A DNA stretch of 64,000 nucleotides, taken from positions 1,125 through 65,124 of the forward strand of contig JAUQWQ010000158.1 in assembly GCA_030835085.1 (NCBI GenBank), written 5' to 3'. Below the pieces are notes generated by a model. That model was not told the DNA's origin and searched no databases. It was given only the letters and a program-made list of their open reading frames with translations. This DNA comes from Ignavibacteria bacterium (GTDB lineage Bacteria > Bacteroidota > Ignavibacteria > Tepidaquicellales > OLB5). Below are positions 9,848 to 18,248 of the stretch, in pieces (position 1 is the stretch's first letter; the number at the start of each line of letters is the position of its first letter). A program made the position numbers and the translations under genes.

Positions 9848-10569
9848 TATTGCCTGACTCTTCTGATTATTGTTAACATATCTTTAACCGCGCTCTCAAG
9901 TCCTGTAAATACTGCTCTTGCTATAATTGAATGCCCGATGCTGACTTCATCAATTTCAGAGATATTAGCAATTGCTGTGATATTATGATAATTTAAACCA
10001 TGGCCGGCATTAACACCTATACCAAGCTCCTTAGCCAGTTTAGCTGTCTGGCTTATTTTTTCAAGCTCCGCCAGTATATCAAGGGGTTCATTCAGCAGCC
10101 CGTACTTGCCGGTATGTATCTCTATCATATCAGCACCCATTTCAAGTGCCTGGTCAACACTTTCTGGATTTGGTTCAATAAATAAACTTGTTTTAATGCC
10201 TGCTTCTTTCAATTTTTCAATTGCAGGTGTAACTTTAAACTCAGTAGCAATCAGATCCAGACCGCCTTCAGTTGTAAGTTCCTGTCTCTTTTCAGGGACA
10301 AGAGTAGCCATGTAAGGTTTTATTTCACACGCTATTTTTACCATTTCATCAGTTGCAGCCATTTCAAGATCTAACTTGGTCTTGACTGTATCTTTCAATA
10401 TATACACATCCCTGTCTACAATATGTCTTCTGTCCTCCCGTAAATGGCATACAATGCCATCAGCGCCTGCCAGCTCACAAATATAGGATGCAAAGACCGG
10501 GTCAGGCTCCTTTTCCATTCTTGCCTGCCTTAGAGTTGCTATATGGTCAATATTTATACAAAGTCTCAT
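9847..10569 (-). CDS. pdxJ: pyridoxine 5'-phosphate synthase
   Basis: NIDHIATLRQAR, HLREDRRHI and GHGLNY motifs; 240 aa. Confidence 0.92.
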   Translation of the reverse strand: MRLCINIDHIATLRQARMEKEPDPVFASYICELAGADGIVCHLREDRRHIVDRDVYILKDTVKTKLDLEMAATDEMVKIACEIKPYMATLVPEKRQELTTEGGLDLIATEFKVTPAIEKLKEAGIKTSLFIEPNPESVDQALEMGADMIEIHTGKYGLLNEPLDILAELEKISQTAKLAKELGIGVNAGHGLNYHNITAIANISEIDEVSIGHSIIARAVFTGLESAVKDMLTIIRRVRQ

Positions 10570-10581
10570 TTCAGTGTAATT

Positions 10582-11349
10582 TTAATTTGTAAATAATTTA
10601 ATAAATGAATCAATACCTATTCCATAGGATTGTGATTTGTACCTTAAAACGGAAATCACATCAACAAAGATCATGACTGCCCAATGTACAAGGAAGCAAT
10701 AAATGAATGAATTTGCCCGCCATGCCTGTATTCCCAGGATCAGTCCCGCAAAAATTGATGCAAAAGTTTCAATATCCGGTTTACCCCTGTGTAATATAAA
10801 GAACGGGATCATTTGAATAAAAATTGCATAGAAACCGAACTTTTGTTTTAATCCAAATAACATATAACCGCGCCAGAAGAACTCCCAGGCAAGCATATAG
10901 AAACCTACAAAAAGCTCATAATATAATAAAACTGAAATATTTTCCCTGACAAATGGACCACCCTGCGGATAAGTTCTTGCAAAACTCTCATTTCCGGAAG
11001 CTATCCATAAGAATGGCAGCATGACAACAACGAAAAGTAAAGAAGATTTAAGCCCGAATTTATAATCTCCAATCCTTAAACCATATTCAGCCGGTTTCCC
11101 TTTTAACACAAGCGGTATTAAGATCATTGGAATTATGAACATCAGGATCCCGTCAGCGGAGCACCAGTATAAAAACGAATAGAACTTATCATCACTGGTA
11201 TCAAATACTTTCCTGAAAAAATTAGGCGACGCATAATGCATAGAAAGGAAAGTTATAATGGCTACAGAAACAAAAATAAACGTTTCCTTAAAACTAAGAG
11301 TTTTTATTGCTGCCCAAAGAGAACTTAATTCTGATTTTAATGAATTCAA
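10582..11349 (-). CDS. CPBP-family intramembrane glutamic endopeptidase (CAAX protease-like)
   Basis: Polytopic 255-aa protein with EFFWRGYM (EExxxR-type), FFILH and LVHW motifs. TTG start. Confidence 0.7.
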   Translation of the reverse strand: MNSLKSELSSLWAAIKTLSFKETFIFVSVAIITFLSMHYASPNFFRKVFDTSDDKFYSFLYWCSADGILMFIIPMILIPLVLKGKPAEYGLRIGDYKFGLKSSLLFVVVMLPFLWIASGNESFARTYPQGGPFVRENISVLLYYELFVGFYMLAWEFFWRGYMLFGLKQKFGFYAIFIQMIPFFILHRGKPDIETFASIFAGLILGIQAWRANSFIYCFLVHWAVMIFVDVISVLRYKSQSYGIGIDSFIKLFTN

Positions 11350-11363
11350 ATATTCTGTTTATA

Positions 11364-12287
11364 TTAATATTTCTTTTTTATTACGTACTGAATTGTTTCG
11401 GGTTTTATTGATATAACGGTACAGCCGGGCGGAATATCAAACACCGGAGTCAGTGACCCGGTTGAATCTGACAGGATTTTTCTGTAATCAATGAATGCTT
11501 TAATTCGGCCGCTTTCAATACCTGCAAGCTGATTTACACCTCCTTTTAGCTGAATAGATACAGATTGAGGGATAAGCAGTACTTCCTTATCTTCAGGCAA
11601 TTCAGTAACATTAATTTCTATATTAGTAAATTCTTTTTCTGCTGTAGGTTCTATATTGATCTTAAGATCAAGTTCACTTTGCGAAAACCAAAGTATGTTT
11701 GAAAGGCTGTCTGATACATTTATCTTTCTTGAAATACCTGCATTAACTTTATCAAACACCATGCTTTTAGTATTCAAGTGGTTAAGCATTTTAAGAATAT
11801 CAATAGCGCCACCTATCTTAATACTATCAGGCTTAAGTTCAGGCTTTCCTACTATTTGATATCCATCCATACAATTTATTTGAAGGTTTGGGTTTATCCT
11901 GACATATTTCTCTTCATAATTTTCTATTTTAACATATAATGTTTCGGGATAAACACCAGTGATCTGAAGATTTTGACTCAATCCCAGATTATTATCCAGA
12001 TATTCTTTTGTAACTATAATAAACTGGTCCTTTTTCTTGGAATTTATATCATATGTGAATTCAAGGTTAAAAGAAGTAAAAAGTCTGATGAGATTCCATC
12101 CAATACCCCGGAATTTTACATCAAGATTTAAGGGAATATTACCTGATACAGCAAATGGTTTATTGATCTTTATTTTAACGGGAATCGTTTTTTCAATTTC
12201 ATAATTCTGATTCAAATTCAAACTTATCCACAATACTGCAGATAACAGCAATGATGCAATTAATATGTGATATTTGAATTTAGACAA
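11364..12287 (-). CDS. YbbR-domain (CdaR-like) membrane-anchored protein
   Basis: Single N-terminal TM helix followed by repeated beta-rich modules of about 85 aa. Called from architecture only. TTG start. Confidence 0.55.
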   Translation of the reverse strand: MSKFKYHILIASLLLSAVLWISLNLNQNYEIEKTIPVKIKINKPFAVSGNIPLNLDVKFRGIGWNLIRLFTSFNLEFTYDINSKKKDQFIIVTKEYLDNNLGLSQNLQITGVYPETLYVKIENYEEKYVRINPNLQINCMDGYQIVGKPELKPDSIKIGGAIDILKMLNHLNTKSMVFDKVNAGISRKINVSDSLSNILWFSQSELDLKINIEPTAEKEFTNIEINVTELPEDKEVLLIPQSVSIQLKGGVNQLAGIESGRIKAFIDYRKILSDSTGSLTPVFDIPPGCTVISIKPETIQYVIKKKY

Positions 12288-12356
12288 AATTTGGCCTTGT
12301 ACTTATTTCTGCAAATATCAGTATATTATTTATTTGTTTAAATCCTAAAATTACCT

Positions 12357-12381
12357 CATAAAAAAGCCCCGCAAGCGGGGC
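12357..12381 (-). terminator. rho-independent terminator after GWxTD gene
   Basis: GCCCC-GCAAGC-GGGGC hairpin followed on the minus strand by TTTTTT. Confidence 0.75.
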
Positions 12382-12390
12382 TTAAACAAA

Positions 12391-13758
12391 TTACCTGATA
12401 TTAATTTTTTCTTTCCAGTTCTCATCACTGGATTCGTTTTGTGCGGTTGAATGAATCTGGACATAATCCCCGAATCCGGTACTGTTATCCATAAATACAA
12501 AGATCACACCTCCCTGAATTTTGTTGTAGGTCCATATCTCATATGCACGGGTTGAACCTTCATACGGGAACCGTTCAATTTCATCATATTTTCCGTAAAT
12601 CGCATATACTCTTCCCCTGTCAGTTTTCCAGCCCTCTCTCAGATCACTCTTAAAATTCTTGTTCGCATATTCGATCCTTGAATAGTATTCTTTTTTAGTA
12701 AGATATTGCGAGATAGCTTTCCAGTATTTGAACATATACATTCTTTTTTCATCAAGAGCTTTTAAAGATTCATATTTTTCTTTCTGCTGGTCACTCATTA
12801 TATATATAGCTTTATTAAAATCATCATCAACCTGTTTTTCGGTCATTTTTGCATATTCACTCAGCAGGTATTCATTTTCTATATCAGTTAACACCTGGTT
12901 ATTGTAATTCGTATCACTGCTGAAAATATAAAAATACTTATATGCTCTTAAGAGCTCTTTATCATTATTATCAAATAATTTAACAAATAGCTGGTAACTG
13001 TTCGAAGGAAGCCCTGTGATATCTACAGAACCGTATTCAACTTTCGATTCAGATTTAAGGTCATACTTTTTAGTGGATGATTTTATCTCTGACCCGTCCT
13101 TATTAGCAATTGTTATAGTTACTGAATATTTATCCCCCATTTCAAGTTTATTGAGGTTATATAGCTCTAAATAGTAATATAGTTTTGAAAGATTATTCCC
13201 GAATAAATTTCCCGGATTTGGTGTGACTTCCAGGGTATTTTTATAGAAAAGATTATTTTCATCAGTACTCTTAACTATTCCGGTACTGAGCTCAATGGTA
13301 CTCATCATTAGTTTCCCATCCTGAAATGCTTTAAGCTGAACCTCTTCTTCTGCAGAATTTATTTTAGAAGCATCATTAAAATCAGATGCTGTCATTTTCA
13401 GCAGATATGTACCTGAGTCAAGCAGCAGGTTGATCTGACCGGTTAGTTTAAAATCCTTTCCTGAGCCTCCTGTATCTGCTATTGTTACCGGTACTTTAAA
13501 ATCTTTAGCGACAATTGTTTTACCTGAAGTTCTGTTAATAACATCAAGCTGAAGCTTACCGCTTGCTTCATAACCATCTGAATTTTTCATGAACACAAGT
13601 TCTGAAGGCGAAAATGAATAATAAAGCTCAAGGTATACCTTGGTTCCTTCATCCCTGAATATAGCGTAGTCATAATCGAATGATAAATTGGGTTGTGCGA
13701 CTATAACTGATATGTTAAAAATTAATATGAGGAATTTTATTATATATCTTTTAGACAT
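12391..13758 (-). CDS. GWxTD domain-containing secreted protein
   Basis: Signal peptide. C-terminal REGWKTDRGRVYAIYGKYDEIERFP matches the GWxTD motif. Followed by a GC hairpin plus T-run. Confidence 0.75.
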   Translation of the reverse strand: MSKRYIIKFLILIFNISVIVAQPNLSFDYDYAIFRDEGTKVYLELYYSFSPSELVFMKNSDGYEASGKLQLDVINRTSGKTIVAKDFKVPVTIADTGGSGKDFKLTGQINLLLDSGTYLLKMTASDFNDASKINSAEEEVQLKAFQDGKLMMSTIELSTGIVKSTDENNLFYKNTLEVTPNPGNLFGNNLSKLYYYLELYNLNKLEMGDKYSVTITIANKDGSEIKSSTKKYDLKSESKVEYGSVDITGLPSNSYQLFVKLFDNNDKELLRAYKYFYIFSSDTNYNNQVLTDIENEYLLSEYAKMTEKQVDDDFNKAIYIMSDQQKEKYESLKALDEKRMYMFKYWKAISQYLTKKEYYSRIEYANKNFKSDLREGWKTDRGRVYAIYGKYDEIERFPYEGSTRAYEIWTYNKIQGGVIFVFMDNSTGFGDYVQIHSTAQNESSDENWKEKINIR

Positions 13759-13782
13759 AGCATTAAAATATTAGTAACAGAA

Positions 13783-13810
13783 AATGCCATTTACATAAGT
13801 AAATGGCATT
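13783..13810 (-). terminator. intergenic 12-bp hairpin between PorV-like and GWxTD genes (possible terminator/processing site)
   Basis: AATGCCATTTAC-ATAA-GTAAATGGCATT perfect stem. Only a short T-run on either strand. Confidence 0.4.
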
Positions 13811-13841
13811 TTCATTTTTATAAATTTATAATATTAATGAA

Positions 13842-14906
13842 CTAAAAGCCCATTGTGAATGAAAACCACTGATTAGGCTGGAACTTCTCTGTCATTCTGT
13901 ATGAATAATCAAGTCCAAGTTTTACTGTTCCAAAAGGATACTGTAAACCTACACCAAATGAAGGTCCAAAGAGATTCTGGTCTTTTCTTGTTAGACCGTC
14001 TTCAACTTTGTAATCAGGTGTAAATGCATAAGCACCTCTTAAAAATACATAGTTGCTGTAATTATATTCCAAACCAACTCTGTATTCATCGCTTGAAAAG
14101 TTATTATTCTGGAATGTAGTTGAGAACTGTACATTATTTTTCTTACCTATCGGCACATCGTAGGATATCCCTAATTCAAGTGTTGTTGGTAGTGAAAAAT
14201 CCTGTAAAGTTACCCTTCTTGGTTCTGCTGTAGAGCCAGAAGGAGTTCCATACGGCTCGTAATACTGATCGAGCCCGCTTCCATCAAATGTCATAGATGG
14301 TCCGAAGTTCTTTAAAGCAACACCAAACTTCAAACCTGATTTTCCGGCAAGATACTGAAGACCGAAATCTACAGCAAAACCGGTGGATGATACTGTAAGT
14401 ATTTGCTCATAGATTACTTTCACGGTAGCACCAAATAATATCTTATCAGACATTTTTCTTGCATAAGAAATTGATGTTGTAAGATAAGTTGGTGACCATA
14501 CTTCGCCGGTACCCATTGGACTTTCGAGAGTAGTAACAAGCTCATCACCAAAACTCAGTGATTTTAAACTTGCACCTATAACCCCAAGATTACCCATATC
14601 TACAGCACCTGCAACGTAATTTATGTTAATATCTGCAATATACTTCATATGTGAAGCAAGAACTTCCGTCTTATTATTCATAAGTGAAAGACCTGCAGGA
14701 TTCCAGTACATAGCATCTACGCCTGAAATAGAAGAGATCATGGAGCCGCTCAGAGAGGTACCCCTGGATCCTACCGGAATCAATAATTCCGGTGCTGCAG
14801 AAGTACCGTATTTACTACGGTCTCCTGCAAAACTAATGCTACCAAACAGCAGAGTAAATATCAATGCTGATTTAGCAGCGGTTTTTATTTTATGATATAA
14901 TTTCAT
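13842..14906 (-). CDS. PorV/PorQ-family outer-membrane beta-barrel (T9SS-associated, FadL-like)
   Basis: Signal peptide, YGTSAAPELLIPVGSRGTSLSGS...AMYWNPAGLS N-terminal motif, alternating beta-strand pattern and terminal ...FTMGF. Confidence 0.75.
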   Translation of the reverse strand: MKLYHKIKTAAKSALIFTLLFGSISFAGDRSKYGTSAAPELLIPVGSRGTSLSGSMISSISGVDAMYWNPAGLSLMNNKTEVLASHMKYIADININYVAGAVDMGNLGVIGASLKSLSFGDELVTTLESPMGTGEVWSPTYLTTSISYARKMSDKILFGATVKVIYEQILTVSSTGFAVDFGLQYLAGKSGLKFGVALKNFGPSMTFDGSGLDQYYEPYGTPSGSTAEPRRVTLQDFSLPTTLELGISYDVPIGKKNNVQFSTTFQNNNFSSDEYRVGLEYNYSNYVFLRGAYAFTPDYKVEDGLTRKDQNLFGPSFGVGLQYPFGTVKLGLDYSYRMTEKFQPNQWFSFTMGF

Positions 14907-14943
14907 TTTTTTAAGCTCCTTATTGATTTATTTACAATACTGT

Positions 14944-17900
14944 TTAGAACGAGTCAATTCTTTCTTCCGGTGTAAAGATAGCTAACTTGATAGTTTTTGT
15001 ACCTATACCGGGGGCATCGATAAATGCTATATAAATTCCGCTTGCTACCGGAATTCTATCAGTATTTGTCAGATCCCAATTGATCGAGGTTGTATTATCA
15101 TCTTTATTTATCTGTCTTACAAGATTTCCGTTCAATGAATATATGAAAATAGTAGCAGTTTTCGGCATATTCATGAATTTCACAAACCTGTCAAACGGGC
15201 TTGTTTCCTGTGCGTGACCGCCATAATACGGGTTAGGAACAACCCTTACAGTTGACAATTCACCTCTTGTTGTAGCTAATTCAGTACTGCCAATAGTCGG
15301 AGCAGTTGTATTTTGTGTTATTACTTCGGTTATTGTTCCAGGTGATTGCTGATACTGCAATCTTGTATAAGGTATAATCTCAAGAACATCACCATTGTTA
15401 TATGCAGGACCACTGTTAATTAATCTTGGTGTCCAAACATATTGAATATCCATCTGCCTGAAATTGGCAGAGAAACTGATATTCTTTGATGTATAGAATG
15501 AATTTGGATTCGGATCGTATGTTGAATACATAATATAAACATATTCAACTCCACCATCACCGGTTGCTTTTGGATTCCAAGTTCCGCTGCTGTCTCCATC
15601 AAAGAATGCAACATTGACCTGTCTTGGTACTGTTGAGTTTGTATCAAGCGGATCATCAATTTCCACCTTGAATGGAATATCAACATAATCCTGATATGGA
15701 GAATTTGTTACAGCTCCTCTGTACCGGTATGCTTTCTGAGTTGTACCGAAGGTAATTTTTACATTCTTTAAAGCTGATACTTTCAGGAATGCATTGTCAA
15801 TTTTCGAAGTATAATTTCCGCTTCTGTATACATTTCCTGAAGGCCAGCTAAGACCCATTGAAACGCTCTGGGGCGGCAGGTAATTGGCAAATACATTCTT
15901 TAACGCTGTTGTATCTGCTCCTGCTAAATTCAAAGTTCCGCCGGTATAGTTCCAGCCTCTTGATAATGACTGTGTTCCCGGTCCCGGATCTTTGATTACA
16001 CCATAATTCAAGCTGTTGATCGTATCAACCTTGAATAAGATACCATCAGCTAAATATGCACTGTTATCAAGTATTGAACGGTTATACATATTACCTAATA
16101 CTGTATCTACCTGAGCATTTTGTATCCTTACTACTTTCCAAGTAGTATCTGATGACCATACCATTTTATACGTAGCTGATAAGACCTTCATCGGGTCTAT
16201 TATCACAGGAATAAACACCTTATCTGGCCTGTTAATTGAAAGTGTATCAAGTGCTTTGTTAATGAAATTTGTACCCATCATCGGGGTATTTGGTATCACG
16301 TTTAATAACTGTGATGATACCGGATTTTCGAGTACTTTAAACGGTTTTCCTGCATTCAGATTTACACCGTAAGCTGTTATAGCAAATCTATATGATGTAC
16401 CGTTTATGAAGAAATCATTAACACCGGAAGGATAAGCATTTGAAGTTAATGTTATGATCCTTGAAACACCATTATCATTACCAAAAGCTACAGGTTTATA
16501 TTCATCCTGTGTTGTACCGTTTGGCTGGCCAACACGAATTGTATCATAAACTATCTTAATATTATCAACTATGTCATAAGTTGCCACTAATGTTCTGTCA
16601 GATTCATTATCACCTGAAGTTCCCGGTTTTATCTGGTAAACATTATATCCCTGGAATTTCCAGCGACCTGTAAGGCCTAATGAATCATATACATCATAAG
16701 ATTCTGATCTAGAACCCCAATATAATGTTATTTTTGCATCTCCATTTGCAACAACATTTACCTGCGGAGCAGGAGGTAACGGAGTAGCTGCAAAGTTTGA
16801 GTTATAGAACTTCTGTACCCTGGAACCTGCTTCAAGCAGTGCGCATACACTTTGATTATTTGTTGAGCCTCTTTCAATAAAAGCACCAATAACAATTATC
16901 TGTGTATCTAATGATTGCATTACAAACGGGCCGCTTACCTGAAGAAAACGTTTATCTCCAGGAAGACTATCATACCATCCGGTTTTTTGGCAAGCATCAC
17001 CATTGTATTTATATTTCGAAGGTCCCCCTGTTGTCCAGTTAATCAGCGGATTTGCACATCCCTCACCATATTTCATAAAGTTGTATGCGTTAACTGCCTG
17101 ATCAGGGTCACCCAAACATTCATTCTGTCCATTCAAAAATGTCGTAAAAAGTGAAAGACCTACTGATCTGTACCCAACAAGATTACCATAAGGTAATTTA
17201 GCAGTATCATTCGGGTCACCGGTGTAAACAATCGGGCTCTGTAAATATTTGAATCCAACTGCCGGCGGAGCTGAACCGTAATCCGGATCTTCATTATCCT
17301 GATTATAGCAGAAACCGATATCCTGTAGTGAATCGCAACCGACTGCATCATCACCTGAATTACCAAGATCAGGATCGCATGCAATAGCTGTAAATGTACT
17401 GTCCCAAACATCATTACTCTTGTTAATGATCTTCCATTTAACAAAATACATATTTAAAAGACCCGGTGCAAGAAATGCAAACGAAGTCTGCTGAACTTCA
17501 GCACCCATAGGTAAAGTACCTCCGGGTAATGAAAGCTCTGAAAAATGCTGGTTATTTGTACAGTTAGTATAGTCCATGAACACACTCCAGATAATTTCAT
17601 CCGGACGTGCTACGCTGTTACCTATACCCGGTCTGTCACCGTCAAATTCAGGCTGATATCCCGGAACACCGTTTACTTCTACATAAGGTGCGCCAAGATC
17701 AACCGGCCAGCTTGCCCATGAATCATAAACTATAGTGAATGTTCTTCCGCCTGCAATTTTCTGTCTTGTTCCGCCATTAATTAAACTTGGGTCATTTACA
17801 TTAACCTGGTAAGCTTTAAGTCTTGGATCGGAGCATACCTGTGAGCCAGGTACCTGGCCTACTACCGGAATATTACCCGGAGAAAAATGAGTATTGAACA

Positions 17901-18228
17901 TTGAAGCTGCAAGCCTGAGATCTCCGTTTACTTTTGCGCCTATATATATACCGGTCGTAAAAATAGCTGTTAATCTCTGTGATGCTGCAACAGGCCAAAC
18001 CATACCTGCAACAGCGCTTGAAAATGTTATTTTATCATAATTAAAATAACCGTCGCTTCTGAAAATTGCGTTAATATTATTTACCTGCAGAAAGTTATTA
18101 TTAACACCGGCATTCATCCTTACCGGAGTATAACCCTTTCGTTCTTTTGAAATTGTATCATTTACAGGGGCAAAACATATTACCCCTGTAATGATCAACA
18201 TTAATAATTTAAAAGTTATATTTTTCAT
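14944..18228 (-). CDS. large secreted protein of unknown function with divergent T9SS/FlgD-Ig-like C-terminal domain
   Basis: 1094 aa from ATG 18228 (the ORF track starts at GTG 18240). Signal peptide. Cys/Asp-rich N-domain (CDPDLGNSGDDAVGCD...PPAVGFKYL). FN3-like module (ITLYWG...FQGYNVYQ). C-terminal VVPNPYYGG...IFIYSLNGNLV...ASGIYIAFI beta-sandwich. Confidence 0.8.
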   Translation of the reverse strand: MKNITFKLLMLIITGVICFAPVNDTISKERKGYTPVRMNAGVNNNFLQVNNINAIFRSDGYFNYDKITFSSAVAGMVWPVAASQRLTAIFTTGIYIGAKVNGDLRLAASMFNTHFSPGNIPVVGQVPGSQVCSDPRLKAYQVNVNDPSLINGGTRQKIAGGRTFTIVYDSWASWPVDLGAPYVEVNGVPGYQPEFDGDRPGIGNSVARPDEIIWSVFMDYTNCTNNQHFSELSLPGGTLPMGAEVQQTSFAFLAPGLLNMYFVKWKIINKSNDVWDSTFTAIACDPDLGNSGDDAVGCDSLQDIGFCYNQDNEDPDYGSAPPAVGFKYLQSPIVYTGDPNDTAKLPYGNLVGYRSVGLSLFTTFLNGQNECLGDPDQAVNAYNFMKYGEGCANPLINWTTGGPSKYKYNGDACQKTGWYDSLPGDKRFLQVSGPFVMQSLDTQIIVIGAFIERGSTNNQSVCALLEAGSRVQKFYNSNFAATPLPPAPQVNVVANGDAKITLYWGSRSESYDVYDSLGLTGRWKFQGYNVYQIKPGTSGDNESDRTLVATYDIVDNIKIVYDTIRVGQPNGTTQDEYKPVAFGNDNGVSRIITLTSNAYPSGVNDFFINGTSYRFAITAYGVNLNAGKPFKVLENPVSSQLLNVIPNTPMMGTNFINKALDTLSINRPDKVFIPVIIDPMKVLSATYKMVWSSDTTWKVVRIQNAQVDTVLGNMYNRSILDNSAYLADGILFKVDTINSLNYGVIKDPGPGTQSLSRGWNYTGGTLNLAGADTTALKNVFANYLPPQSVSMGLSWPSGNVYRSGNYTSKIDNAFLKVSALKNVKITFGTTQKAYRYRGAVTNSPYQDYVDIPFKVEIDDPLDTNSTVPRQVNVAFFDGDSSGTWNPKATGDGGVEYVYIMYSTYDPNPNSFYTSKNISFSANFRQMDIQYVWTPRLINSGPAYNNGDVLEIIPYTRLQYQQSPGTITEVITQNTTAPTIGSTELATTRGELSTVRVVPNPYYGGHAQETSPFDRFVKFMNMPKTATIFIYSLNGNLVRQINKDDNTTSINWDLTNTDRIPVASGIYIAFIDAPGIGTKTIKLAIFTPEERIDSF

Positions 18229-18248
18229 ATTTATTAACACTCCGATAA

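Noticed and set aside
14944-18228. A gene about 1100 aa long immediately upstream of a PorV-family gene suggested the canonical porU-porV pair (T9SS sortase).
   Set aside because: I could not find gingipain/C25-type catalytic His (GHG-like) or Cys contexts anywhere in the protein. The N-domain looks unrelated. It is kept as unknown function, and an HMM test is proposed in the findings.
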